From assembly GCA_963169855.1 (NCBI GenBank), contig CAUJCN010000002.1:133508-197507 (forward strand): a DNA stretch of 64,000 bases, given 5' to 3'. Positions 47,919 through 55,984 of this stretch are shown one piece after another. Both the position numbers and the translations under genes were made by a program. The stretch comes from Patescibacteria group bacterium. Its GTDB lineage: Bacteria; Patescibacteriota; Dojkabacteria; J137. Positions within the stretch are counted from its first letter, which is position 1. Every line of letters begins with the position of its first letter. The notes under the pieces are model-generated. The model was not told the origin of the DNA, made no database searches, and saw only the letters and a list, made by a program, of their open reading frames with translations.

Positions 47919-49589
47919 ATGGCAAAGAATATAAATAAAACAAGAACAGATGTCATTTTAGAGAAAGTGCCTCCTCTAATGGGTGTTGTATTACTATTAA
48001 CCCCACTTGTTGTGAGCTTTATTAGTCCAGAAATTGCAGCTGTAATAATCATTCTTTTGAATGTATTTTTCTTATACAAATCCTTCTCATTTGCCGTTCT
48101 ATTCGCAATCTCTCTAGTGAGAATTCGAAGAGAAGAGTCTGTCAATTGGAGAAAAAGACTAGATTCGTTACTAAATATTGGTGATGCTATTAAGCAAATC
48201 GATTTAAACATTGATGGAGCTAGGAAACTTACTTATCAAGAATACTTGGTTGCTAACACTAATAAGAAAGTTTCTCGTCTTAGATTCTGGCTTGATAAAT
48301 TCGAGACTCTAAGATTCCTAAAGATAGAAAGAAACGAGTTAAGAAGAGTACAAACAAATGTAACCGACTGGAAAGACATTCAACATGTGGTAATTGTCCC
48401 ACATGTTAAAGAACCTGAGTCCATCCTAAGAGCTACAATGGAACATTTAAAGAATCAATCCTTTCCTACAAAGCAAATCAGTGTTGTTTTAGCAGCAGAA
48501 GCTGCAGACCCAAATGGTGTTATCGTTTCCGAAAAGTTACGAGAAGAATATAAAGAAGTATTCAATAACATCTGGGTAACAAACCACATACTTCAAGAAG
48601 GAGAAGCTGTTGGAAAATCTGCAAACATGGCATGGGCCGGAAAAGAAGTTACTCAACATATTAATAAGCTTGGATGGGACAAAAAGAGAGTAACTTTAAC
48701 AAGTTGCGATGCTGACTCTAAACTTCCTAAGGACTATTTCTCTTACCAGACTTATCTATTCTCAACTACCCCAGATAACGAGTATCTGTACTTCAACGGA
48801 GCATTGGTTCTTTACAACAACATCTGGAGGTTACCTTTCTATGCTAGAGTTAAAAATTCGATGTCTACTATTTACAACGTTGGAAGACTTGTTAGAACTG
48901 ACAAATTAGTGCCTTTTTCTACCTACACAACTACTCTTTGGTTAATCGAAGAAATTGGATACTGGACACCTTGGGTTACACCAGAAGACTTCCATATGTT
49001 CTTTAAAGGATTATTCAAATACCCTAAGAAAGTACGAACTATCCCAATGTACATGAAGATTATGTCAGACGCTGCTGAAGGAGAATCTCACTGGGAAACT
49101 ATTAGAAACAATTACAAGCAAGAAAGAAGATGGCAATGGGGAATTTCTGACGATGGGTGGGTTCTGAAAAATTTATTCACAACTCCGTTCTCAAAACTAT
49201 CTCCACGAATGATTTACCTATCTGTACATACAATTTTTGACCACATCTTTGGTCCAGTAGGATCTTTAATGATTCTAGTTGGAGGAAATATTCCTGCATT
49301 GATTAGTCCTGAATTCGGTTATACAGTATTTGGTGCGAATTTACCTAGAGTTTCTTCTAGCATTATTCAACTTACATTATTCTGCTTCATACCTGTAATC
49401 ATTTTGGATATTTTCTTAAAACCTCAAAGTAATAAGTCGATTATTACGAGAATTAGATACTTACTTGAATGGGTTACCCAGCCATTTGTGGGCTTTATTC
49501 TATCGGTATTACCAGGTTTAGAGGCTCATACAAGACTAATATTCGGAAGATATCTTGAGTATTACGTTACTAAAAAGAAGGGAGATTAA
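47919..49589 (+). CDS. Membrane-embedded processive GT2 glycosyltransferase (cellulose/chitin-synthase-like)
   Basis: N-terminal TM helices are followed by a GT-A core (VIVPHVKEPE…TSCDADS) and the QxxRW-type motif QERRWQWG, then C-terminal TM helices. Confidence 0.55.
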   Translation: MAKNINKTRTDVILEKVPPLMGVVLLLTPLVVSFISPEIAAVIIILLNVFFLYKSFSFAVLFAISLVRIRREESVNWRKRLDSLLNIGDAIKQIDLNIDGARKLTYQEYLVANTNKKVSRLRFWLDKFETLRFLKIERNELRRVQTNVTDWKDIQHVVIVPHVKEPESILRATMEHLKNQSFPTKQISVVLAAEAADPNGVIVSEKLREEYKEVFNNIWVTNHILQEGEAVGKSANMAWAGKEVTQHINKLGWDKKRVTLTSCDADSKLPKDYFSYQTYLFSTTPDNEYLYFNGALVLYNNIWRLPFYARVKNSMSTIYNVGRLVRTDKLVPFSTYTTTLWLIEEIGYWTPWVTPEDFHMFFKGLFKYPKKVRTIPMYMKIMSDAAEGESHWETIRNNYKQERRWQWGISDDGWVLKNLFTTPFSKLSPRMIYLSVHTIFDHIFGPVGSLMILVGGNIPALISPEFGYTVFGANLPRVSSSIIQLTLFCFIPVIILDIFLKPQSNKSIITRIRYLLEWVTQPFVGFILSVLPGLEAHTRLIFGRYLEYYVTKKKGD

Positions 49590-49706
49590 TAAAACAAGTT
49601 CGAATAAAAGAAACTCGAAGTTCGAAAGTTAAGGTAATCTTCTTCCAAGTCTCGAAAGCTCTATTATTTTGACCTCCTAGTCTTTCTAGCCTTTGATCTT
49701 TTCTTA

Positions 49707-49778
49707 AGGTAACGGCGGGATTCGAACCCGCGGATAAGAGTTTTGCAGACTCTCGCCTTACCACTTGGCCACGTCACC
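49707..49778 (-). tRNA. tRNA-Cys (anticodon GCA), no encoded CCA
   Basis: The cloverleaf was folded by hand. The acceptor stem GGUGACG/CGUUACC has one G-U pair. The D-stem is 3 bp (GCC/GGC), the anticodon stem AGAGU/ACUCU with loop CUGCAAA, and the T-arm GCGGG-UUCGAAU-CCCGC. Confidence 0.8.
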
Positions 49779-49794
49779 ATTTATTTCTTTTTCT

Positions 49795-49860
49795 TTTGCA
49801 GACTCTAGCCTAGACTTTATCCTTCGTAGCGTAGCGAAGGGGGAACTTGGCCACGTCACC
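49795..49860 (-). pseudogene. Degenerate 5'-half copy of tRNA-Cys with an inserted GC hairpin
   Basis: The first 16 nt (GGTGACGTGGCCAAGT) are identical to tRNA-Cys. An inserted hairpin CCTTCG-CTACGCTA-CGAAGG follows. Then AGAGTCTGCAAAA is identical to the anticodon 5' stem and loop. The 3' half is missing. Confidence 0.5.
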
Positions 49861-49926
49861 GTTTAGAAATTTTCTTTTCGATTATACCTTTTCAAGGTGA
49901 AAAATCCTACCCCAACTGAAGAATCA

Positions 49927-50583
49927 TTACTTATCCATTACCCAAAGGAAACCTTCATTTGTAATAAACACAGTATATTCATGTGGCTGACTTGTAATAG
50001 GTTGTCCTTCTGAACTGATTTGCGTTGAGTCAACTATACCTCGTACAATCCATCCCCAGAAACCATTATCATTTTGATAAAATTCAAAAACTCTTTGCCA
50101 ATCCGAAATGCCTCCATTTATATCCCAAGACGAGAAAGCTTCATCAGGTCTGTTTTCTTCAGCTTCGTTATTAAAATTGTATCTTCCATAAACCTGACCC
50201 AGTTTGAAGATTGTCTTAAAGTTAACAAAAATAAGTTCATTTCTAAATTTGATGATTGGGCCAGAAAGATGCACAGTATCTCCATACACTTTAAAGCTGT
50301 ATTCTTCTAACTTTGCCTCCTCTGGTGTGCTTCCAGCACCAAAAAGCTGACCTAGTGCAGTATTTTCTGATTTCTTTATTTTGAGATAAACATCTGCATA
50401 CGTTCCATTAGAATCAACTTTTCTCTCCGAAACCGTTACTTTTGCTACCTCTTCTCTTTGAGTAAATACAGAATATGTCCTTAATAGCAACGCAGTATAG
50501 CCTCCAACTGTTATAATTAGACAGATTACTAGGAATAAGCAGAATAACAAAAGGGTTGCAGTTACTTTTACAATGCTTCTCAT
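49927..50583 (-). CDS. Hypothetical protein with N-terminal signal anchor
   Basis: The N-terminus is hydrophobic (VTATLLLFCLFLVICLIITV), so the protein is probably exported. Confidence 0.4.
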   Translation of the reverse strand: MRSIVKVTATLLLFCLFLVICLIITVGGYTALLLRTYSVFTQREEVAKVTVSERKVDSNGTYADVYLKIKKSENTALGQLFGAGSTPEEAKLEEYSFKVYGDTVHLSGPIIKFRNELIFVNFKTIFKLGQVYGRYNFNNEAEENRPDEAFSSWDINGGISDWQRVFEFYQNDNGFWGWIVRGIVDSTQISSEGQPITSQPHEYTVFITNEGFLWVMDK

Positions 50584-50615
50584 ATATAATTTAAACTACA
50601 TTTCAATTATACAAG

Positions 50616-51119
50616 ATGGGAAAGTTTATAGAAAGACAAAAGGAATTCAGAGGTGATTTTCTTAAACGAAGAAAAAATAAAATAATTTTGGTTTTAGATA
50701 ACTTCAGAAGCGCTACTAATGTGGCATTGGTGATGAAAACTGCTTACGCACTTGGTGTAGATCGCGTTTATCTAGTTGGGGTCACTGCAAAACCTCCTTT
50801 TGGAAAGGAACTAGCTATAGTTTCTGATGGTGCAGAAGGAAGATTGGATATTCGGGAAAGTGTTTCGACAAAAAAACTAATTCAACAACATAGAGAAAAA
50901 GGCTTCCTAACAATAGCCGTAAACATGGTTCGTGATACCGTTTCTTTGGATACTGTAGACACTACAGATACCGATGTTTTAATAGTCCTTACTGATCAAA
51001 ATCTATCCAAGGAGGTTATGAATGAGTGTTCTTATATTATTGCTACAAACAAATTCAGAAAGTATACCGATGCTGGATTAATTAACGATTTGGCAATAAT
51101 CCTCTACTCGATTAGATAG
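50616..51119 (+). CDS. SPOUT (SpoU/TrmH-like) RNA methyltransferase (tentative)
   Basis: IILVLDNFRSATNVALVMKTAYALGVDRVYLVG resembles SpoU motif 1. Confidence 0.4.
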   Translation: MGKFIERQKEFRGDFLKRRKNKIILVLDNFRSATNVALVMKTAYALGVDRVYLVGVTAKPPFGKELAIVSDGAEGRLDIRESVSTKKLIQQHREKGFLTIAVNMVRDTVSLDTVDTTDTDVLIVLTDQNLSKEVMNECSYIIATNKFRKYTDAGLINDLAIILYSIR

Positions 51120-51164
51120 TTTTACGCCATTGACGAGAAGCAGCTTCATTATCTCCAAAACGTC

Positions 51165-51184
51165 ATCCCTGTGAATACAGGGAT
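51165..51184. repeat. Perfect palindrome ATCCCTGT-GAAT-ACAGGGAT
   Basis: An 8-bp stem with a 4-nt loop and the core CCTGY-N4-RCAGG. Confidence 0.6.
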
Positions 51185-51274
51185 CTCGTGTGTAAAAGTA
51201 TTAACAAAACAAACTCTTTGATTGGGAAATCGTGAAGAATGCTATCTTGAATTATCGTAACTTACCAAAACAAG

Positions 51275-51294
51275 ATTCCTGCTTTCGCAGGAAT
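51275..51294. repeat. Perfect palindrome ATTCCTGC-TTTC-GCAGGAAT
   Basis: An 8-bp stem with a 4-nt loop and the same core, 90 nt from the previous palindrome. Confidence 0.6.
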
Positions 51295-51321
51295 GACATT
51301 GTTGGTTATTTTGAGTTTAGA

Positions 51322-51789
51322 TTAAAACGGTAGATCTGATGGATCGATATCGTCTTCACCTCCTGTAGATTCAGGTAGAATCTCAGAATCAGCATCAGAT
51401 TTGCTAGAAGATGATTTTGCTTTTGGAGTGTAACTTGAACCTCCCTCGCTATTGTCCCCTTCGAATCTTGCAATCAGGATTACTTTTTCTGCAACAACTT
51501 CTGTTTTGTATTGCTTCTTTCCATCTTGCCCATCCCAGCTTCGTGTTTGAATTCTTCCTTGGATCAAAATTCTTGTTCCTTTCTTAATTCTTTGAGCTAA
51601 TGATTCTGCATTATTCCAAACTACAATATTATGAAAAGATGGCTCATCTACCCACTCTTCTCCTTTTTTATATCTTCGGTTTGTTGCTAAGCTAAATGAA
51701 ACAACTCCTGCTCCACTTGGTGTATATCTTAAATCTGGATCTTTTGTGATGTTTCCTAATAAGGATACTTCGTTTAAATCGCCGAACAT
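51322..51789 (-). CDS. ssb: Single-stranded DNA-binding protein
   Basis: An OB-fold N-terminus (LLGNITKDPDLRYTPSGAGVVSFSLATN) is followed by a Gly/Ser-rich linker and an acidic C-terminal tip DDIDPSDLPF. Confidence 0.85.
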   Translation of the reverse strand: MFGDLNEVSLLGNITKDPDLRYTPSGAGVVSFSLATNRRYKKGEEWVDEPSFHNIVVWNNAESLAQRIKKGTRILIQGRIQTRSWDGQDGKKQYKTEVVAEKVILIARFEGDNSEGGSSYTPKAKSSSSKSDADSEILPESTGGEDDIDPSDLPF

Positions 51790-51852
51790 AAAAATGTTTT
51801 TAACAGTTATTGCTTTATTATAAGTTAAATTTTGGATTTCGTAAAAGACTTA

Positions 51853-52341
51853 TTATGATTCAGGAAATTCCATAATAACTCCTGCACTTAACAATGCTTG
51901 CATGTTTGTATAGTACCTGTACAAAGGCTTATCCGCTTTCACTTTTGGATTACACCAATGAGGATCAGACTCAAACTCTGCAGGAGTTTGAATAACCAAA
52001 TCGGGTTTGTTTGCTAATTGAATTTTAAAGAAAGCCAATTGCTCGAACGACATAGGGTGTTTTTGTATAGCGAAGATTGGAGTTACCTGTTCAGGAGATA
52101 CTATTATTCCTGTTTCTTCCCATACTTCTCTTAACAAACACTCCAGTAAAGTCTCTCTTTTACCTCTTATGAATTCTCTTTTTCCACCCACCAACGAAAC
52201 AGTTTCTGCACCATTCATAGATTTTCTTCTATGAAAACAAACATCTCCATCATCCGCGACAATGATTGCTATACATCCTGTTATGCTCTCATACTCTAAA
52301 GTAAGATCTAATTTTGTAACTGGCTGATTAAACTTTTCCAT
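51853..52341 (-). CDS. NUDIX hydrolase
   Basis: The Nudix box is GGKREFIRGKRETLLECLLREVWEETGI. Confidence 0.7.
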   Translation of the reverse strand: MEKFNQPVTKLDLTLEYESITGCIAIIVADDGDVCFHRRKSMNGAETVSLVGGKREFIRGKRETLLECLLREVWEETGIIVSPEQVTPIFAIQKHPMSFEQLAFFKIQLANKPDLVIQTPAEFESDPHWCNPKVKADKPLYRYYTNMQALLSAGVIMEFPES

Positions 52342-52534
52342 CCGATGATTATACCTTGCAAGAAACTTTTCTGTATAATGATTTTATGAAGAGATTGTTT
52401 AAGTATTTGTTCCTCGCACTACTTATTTTAATAATAGGGACGTTCTTGTTATATCTTTCAAGAAATATGAAGCCTAACGAGCTACCAAAGAAGGATAATT
52501 ACGTAACTCCACGAACTTTCGAAGTTCTGTTAAG

Positions 52535-53053
52535 CTAGCTTTCAAAATAATATTCTTTGATCTTTCCATCTTCGTATAGAACAGTTCCTTGAACAATTTG
52601 ACCATAGAGAACTTTGTTCAAAAATAATTTATTATCCTCCCACATCTCATCAAAAGGAATGTCATCAAAAGCATATGGACCAACTGGTTCCATTGCATCA
52701 CTTGCAACAGGTGTACCTTCCCACTCTGTACACACAAAAATCTCCATTACAAAATCGTATTTATTATTTACGTTTAAGTATGTAATGGTTCCTGAGCTTT
52801 CGAATTTTGAAGGCTTACACACAATATTTCCATCTTTATCTGTTCCAAATTCTTCGATAAATTCTCTTACAAATGCTTCCTCGTTGGTTTCTCCTGATTC
52901 TGGTTTGCCGCCCACCCCTGCAATTAAACCAGGACCTAAATTGTTCGACACCTTAACTCTTCTTCCTAGTATCACAGAATTATCTTTAACTAAATAACCT
53001 ACTACAGTTGGAATAAAAGTCCTTTCAGTTTTTAAATACTTTTCAATGTTCAT
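52535..53053 (-). CDS. NUDIX hydrolase
   Basis: The Nudix box is GGKPESGETNEEAFVREFIEEFG. Confidence 0.7.
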   Translation of the reverse strand: MNIEKYLKTERTFIPTVVGYLVKDNSVILGRRVKVSNNLGPGLIAGVGGKPESGETNEEAFVREFIEEFGTDKDGNIVCKPSKFESSGTITYLNVNNKYDFVMEIFVCTEWEGTPVASDAMEPVGPYAFDDIPFDEMWEDNKLFLNKVLYGQIVQGTVLYEDGKIKEYYFES

Positions 53054-53366
53054 ATTCGTGTTCTATAACTAGATTCTTTATAGCAGCCTCAATTAGCTTT
53101 GCATAGTCAACTAAACTTGAGTATGTTTCATCATCGGCATCTGTAAGTGGTTTTACATTCTGAAGATCACAAAATCTATCCATCAAGCCTCCCGCTGAAT
53201 CTAACAATTGAAGCCTTACTGCCTCTCTGGGTAATCCTTCTTTCATTGAAATCTCTGCAATCTCGAGAAATTGTTTTCTTACATTTTCATCTCCGAGCAA
53301 TGCTTCGTATTGTTCGCTATTTTTAAGTTGTTCCATATAGGTTATTAATATGATTTGAGTATACAA
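53043..53366 (-). CDS. Small hypothetical helical protein upstream of the NUDIX pair
   Basis: A 107-aa ORF (possibly starting at the internal MEQLKN) that overlaps the NUDIX start. Confidence 0.3.
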   Translation of the reverse strand: MYTQIILITYMEQLKNSEQYEALLGDENVRKQFLEIAEISMKEGLPREAVRLQLLDSAGGLMDRFCDLQNVKPLTDADDETYSSLVDYAKLIEAAIKNLVIEHEYEH

Positions 53367-53385
53367 ATTTTATGCCAAAATCGTC

Positions 53386-53417
53386 TATGCACATCTTGCA
53401 CATTTTTTGCACATAGA
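53386..53417. promoter_or_regulatory. Three TGCACAT repeats in the divergent promoter region (candidate operator of the RHH protein)
   Basis: In CTATGCACATCTTGCACATTTTTTGCACATAG the repeats are spaced 10 and 11 nt apart and are flanked by CTATG/CATAG. Confidence 0.45.
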
Positions 53418-53431
53418 GTTATCATCACTTT

Positions 53432-54031
53432 ATGAAAATTTACTACACATGCTCCACTTCTGAGTTTTTGAAGTATGAGAAAAACTATAATGCAATTAGA
53501 GAATTTTTGATTAAAGAAAATCATATTCTTACAAGAGATTGGATTCCCCATACAAAAGAAATGATTGTTAACGACAAGATTGCAGTACGAGATATTAAGA
53601 AAATCTATAAGGAATGCATGCGAGCAATAAACGAAGCTGATCTAGTAATCATTGAAGACACTGTTTCTAACTTTAGTACTGGACACCAAGTTACAGTTGC
53701 TTTGCAAAGACAGAAGCCAACTTTAGTTCTTTGGGCGAAACCTAAACAGGCTCATTTTAATACATCATTTATACAAGGAGTAGAATCTGATCTTTTAGAG
53801 TTCCAAGTTTACAACGAAGAGACTTTGCCAAAAATTCTAAAGGCATTTATAAAGAAATACGAAAACGCAAAACAAAAGAATCGATTTCACTTGGTGATAA
53901 ATGATGTTGAAAGAAAGTATCTTGATTGGGCTCAGTTTAGTAAAGGAAAAAGTAGAACTAATTTAATTAGAGAATCGTTAAGAAAAACAATAGAAGGTGA
54001 CAAGGACTATTCTAAATATTTAAGTGAATAA
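53432..54031 (+). CDS. Fusion of a nucleoside 2-deoxyribosyltransferase-like (NDT/SLOG-fold) domain and a C-terminal ribbon-helix-helix DNA-binding domain
   Basis: KIYYTCSTSEF and ADLVIIEDTVSNFSTGHQVTVALQRQKPTLVLW fit the NDT pattern kiYlAgP…D.GT.fElGyA.algKPvi. The tail RFHLVINDVERKYLDWAQFSKGKSRTNLIRESL fits an RHH (CopG/Arc-like) domain. Confidence 0.5.
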   Translation: MKIYYTCSTSEFLKYEKNYNAIREFLIKENHILTRDWIPHTKEMIVNDKIAVRDIKKIYKECMRAINEADLVIIEDTVSNFSTGHQVTVALQRQKPTLVLWAKPKQAHFNTSFIQGVESDLLEFQVYNEETLPKILKAFIKKYENAKQKNRFHLVINDVERKYLDWAQFSKGKSRTNLIRESLRKTIEGDKDYSKYLSE

Positions 54032-54034
54032 AAA

Positions 54035-54059
54035 AGATCCCGCATCAAGTGCGGGATCT
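54035..54059. terminator. Stem-loop AGATCCCGC-ATCAAGT-GCGGGATCT downstream of the NDT-RHH gene
   Basis: A 9-bp perfect stem sits 4 nt after the stop codon. It has no U-tract, so it may act for the convergent helicase gene or as an RNA stability element. Confidence 0.4.
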
Positions 54060-54126
54060 GCGTTCGAACTTATCGATAAATCTTCAATGTATCGGACTTG
54101 TCCGACGAAGCTTTAGCGTAGTCGGA

Positions 54127-55746
54127 TTAACCAACAAATGTTAAAGCTTTACCTTTCTTTCCGTATCTTCCTGTTCTTCCAATTCTATGAACGTAATCTT
54201 CGTAAGATTGCGGTTCATCGTAGTTAATCACAAGAGTAATATCTGGTATGTCCAAACCTCTAGCAGCAACGTCTGTTGCAACTAAAATGTTAATCTGGTC
54301 TGTCTTAAACTTAGAAATTACTTTGTTTCTAATATACTGTGATTTATCTCCATGAATTGCATCAACTTGTAAATTTCGTGCGTACAAATTATCAGATACT
54401 CTGTCAGCTTCTCTCTTAGTCTTTGTAAAGATAAGAATCTTCTGATTAGGTTCTGATTCGATAATTTCAACAAGTTTATCAATTTTACTTCCGTCTCTTC
54501 CTACTCTTACAATATCTTGATCAACACTCTTTGTAGGAGATGTTCTAGCAAGTTCGATTGTAACTGGATTTCTCAATAATGAATGAGCAATCTTTTCTAC
54601 AGGAGTATCCATAGTTGCAGATAAGAATAATGACTGTCTTTCTGATGGAAGTTTAGCAATCAATGCTTTGATTTCATCAACAAATCCCATGTCTAACATT
54701 CTATCCACTTCGTCTAGAACAATTGTATTGAAGTTTTCAAGTTTTAACACTCTTCTATCTTCTAAATCTTTAAGTCTACCTGGTGTTCCGATAACAAATT
54801 GAGGATTTCTTCTTAATCCAGAAATCTGTCTGTAAGCACTAGCTCCTCCGATAATAGTTTCAGCTCTTAGGTTAGTTCCTTTGTTAAGAGATCTGAATTC
54901 TTCATAAATCTGAGTTGCTAATTCTCTAGTAGGAACAACAACTAATACCTGAGTATCGTTCTTAGTAATCGCTTTATTCATTAGTGGAACTAAGAATGCA
55001 GCTGTTTTACCTTGTCCAGTAGATGCTAATCCAACAACATCTTTTCCAGCAAGAATATGCTTTATAGTTTTGTCTTGAATTTCTGTTGGATGAGTGTATC
55101 CTTTTTCTTTGATGTTAGCTTTGATTGTTGAATCGATATCCATTTCCTCGAAAGATGTACTTGCTACATAACTGTTGATCTGTTCTAGAGTCTCAGCTTT
55201 TGCAATATATTTTTCGTGACCGATTTTCTTTCCTTCAAATCTACCACCCCTTGATCCTGAAGATCTTCCTCTTCCACCAGATCTGAATCCTCCAGAGCTT
55301 CTTCTACCTCCGAACGAAGATCCACCTCGAGAACTGTTTCTTCCGAAACTTCCTCCTCTATCTCCATATGATCTTAAAGAAGATTCGCTTGAGTCATTTC
55401 TGTCATAGCTATCACTTCTTTCTGATCTTTCTGAGTTTGAAGATCTATCACCATAAGATGATCGTCCTCCAAAAGATCTTCCTCCTCTAGATGAACCACC
55501 TCTTCTATTATTGAAAGGTCTTCTTTCTTGAGAGTCTCCGAATGATCTACTTTCTGAACGTTCTGGTCTTGTTGGTGTTTCTAGAAAGTCTTTTTTGTTG
55601 CTAGTCCAAGTTCTTACGTCTCTTCTTTCTGAAGAACCTTCTGATCTTGAATTAGTTGATCTACCGCCTCTTTCTCCTCTGTACCCTGAATTAGATCTGT
55701 CTCCAGATCTAGACGTGGAATACTTACGTCTGGTTTTATTGAACAT
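54127..55746 (-). CDS. DEAD-box ATP-dependent RNA helicase with a ~180-aa N-terminal Arg/Gly/Ser-rich disordered region
   Basis: The motifs found are PTEIQ, AQTGSGKT-like (ASTGQGKT), PTRELA, GTPGRL, DEVD, SAT and HRIGRTGR. The N-terminus has RGG/RSS repeats. Confidence 0.85.
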   Translation of the reverse strand: MFNKTRRKYSTSRSGDRSNSGYRGERGGRSTNSRSEGSSERRDVRTWTSNKKDFLETPTRPERSESRSFGDSQERRPFNNRRGGSSRGGRSFGGRSSYGDRSSNSERSERSDSYDRNDSSESSLRSYGDRGGSFGRNSSRGGSSFGGRRSSGGFRSGGRGRSSGSRGGRFEGKKIGHEKYIAKAETLEQINSYVASTSFEEMDIDSTIKANIKEKGYTHPTEIQDKTIKHILAGKDVVGLASTGQGKTAAFLVPLMNKAITKNDTQVLVVVPTRELATQIYEEFRSLNKGTNLRAETIIGGASAYRQISGLRRNPQFVIGTPGRLKDLEDRRVLKLENFNTIVLDEVDRMLDMGFVDEIKALIAKLPSERQSLFLSATMDTPVEKIAHSLLRNPVTIELARTSPTKSVDQDIVRVGRDGSKIDKLVEIIESEPNQKILIFTKTKREADRVSDNLYARNLQVDAIHGDKSQYIRNKVISKFKTDQINILVATDVAARGLDIPDITLVINYDEPQSYEDYVHRIGRTGRYGKKGKALTFVG

Positions 55747-55984
55747 AGTATTTTGTATAATAATTAATTTTCGGCCTCCTACACTTATTTCTAAGAGTTT
55801 GACCCTTCCCGCCTAAATGCGAGGTACAATCAAAATAGACTGCGAAAACCAATTAACCAAAATACTTATCGCAGAGAGCTACTTTGAAGTTATACAACTA
55901 TTATATCATATTTCCAGGAAGAAAAGTAGAAAATATATACCCTATAGTCTGAGCGGTTTAAACGATAACCTTTAATATTTCAGG

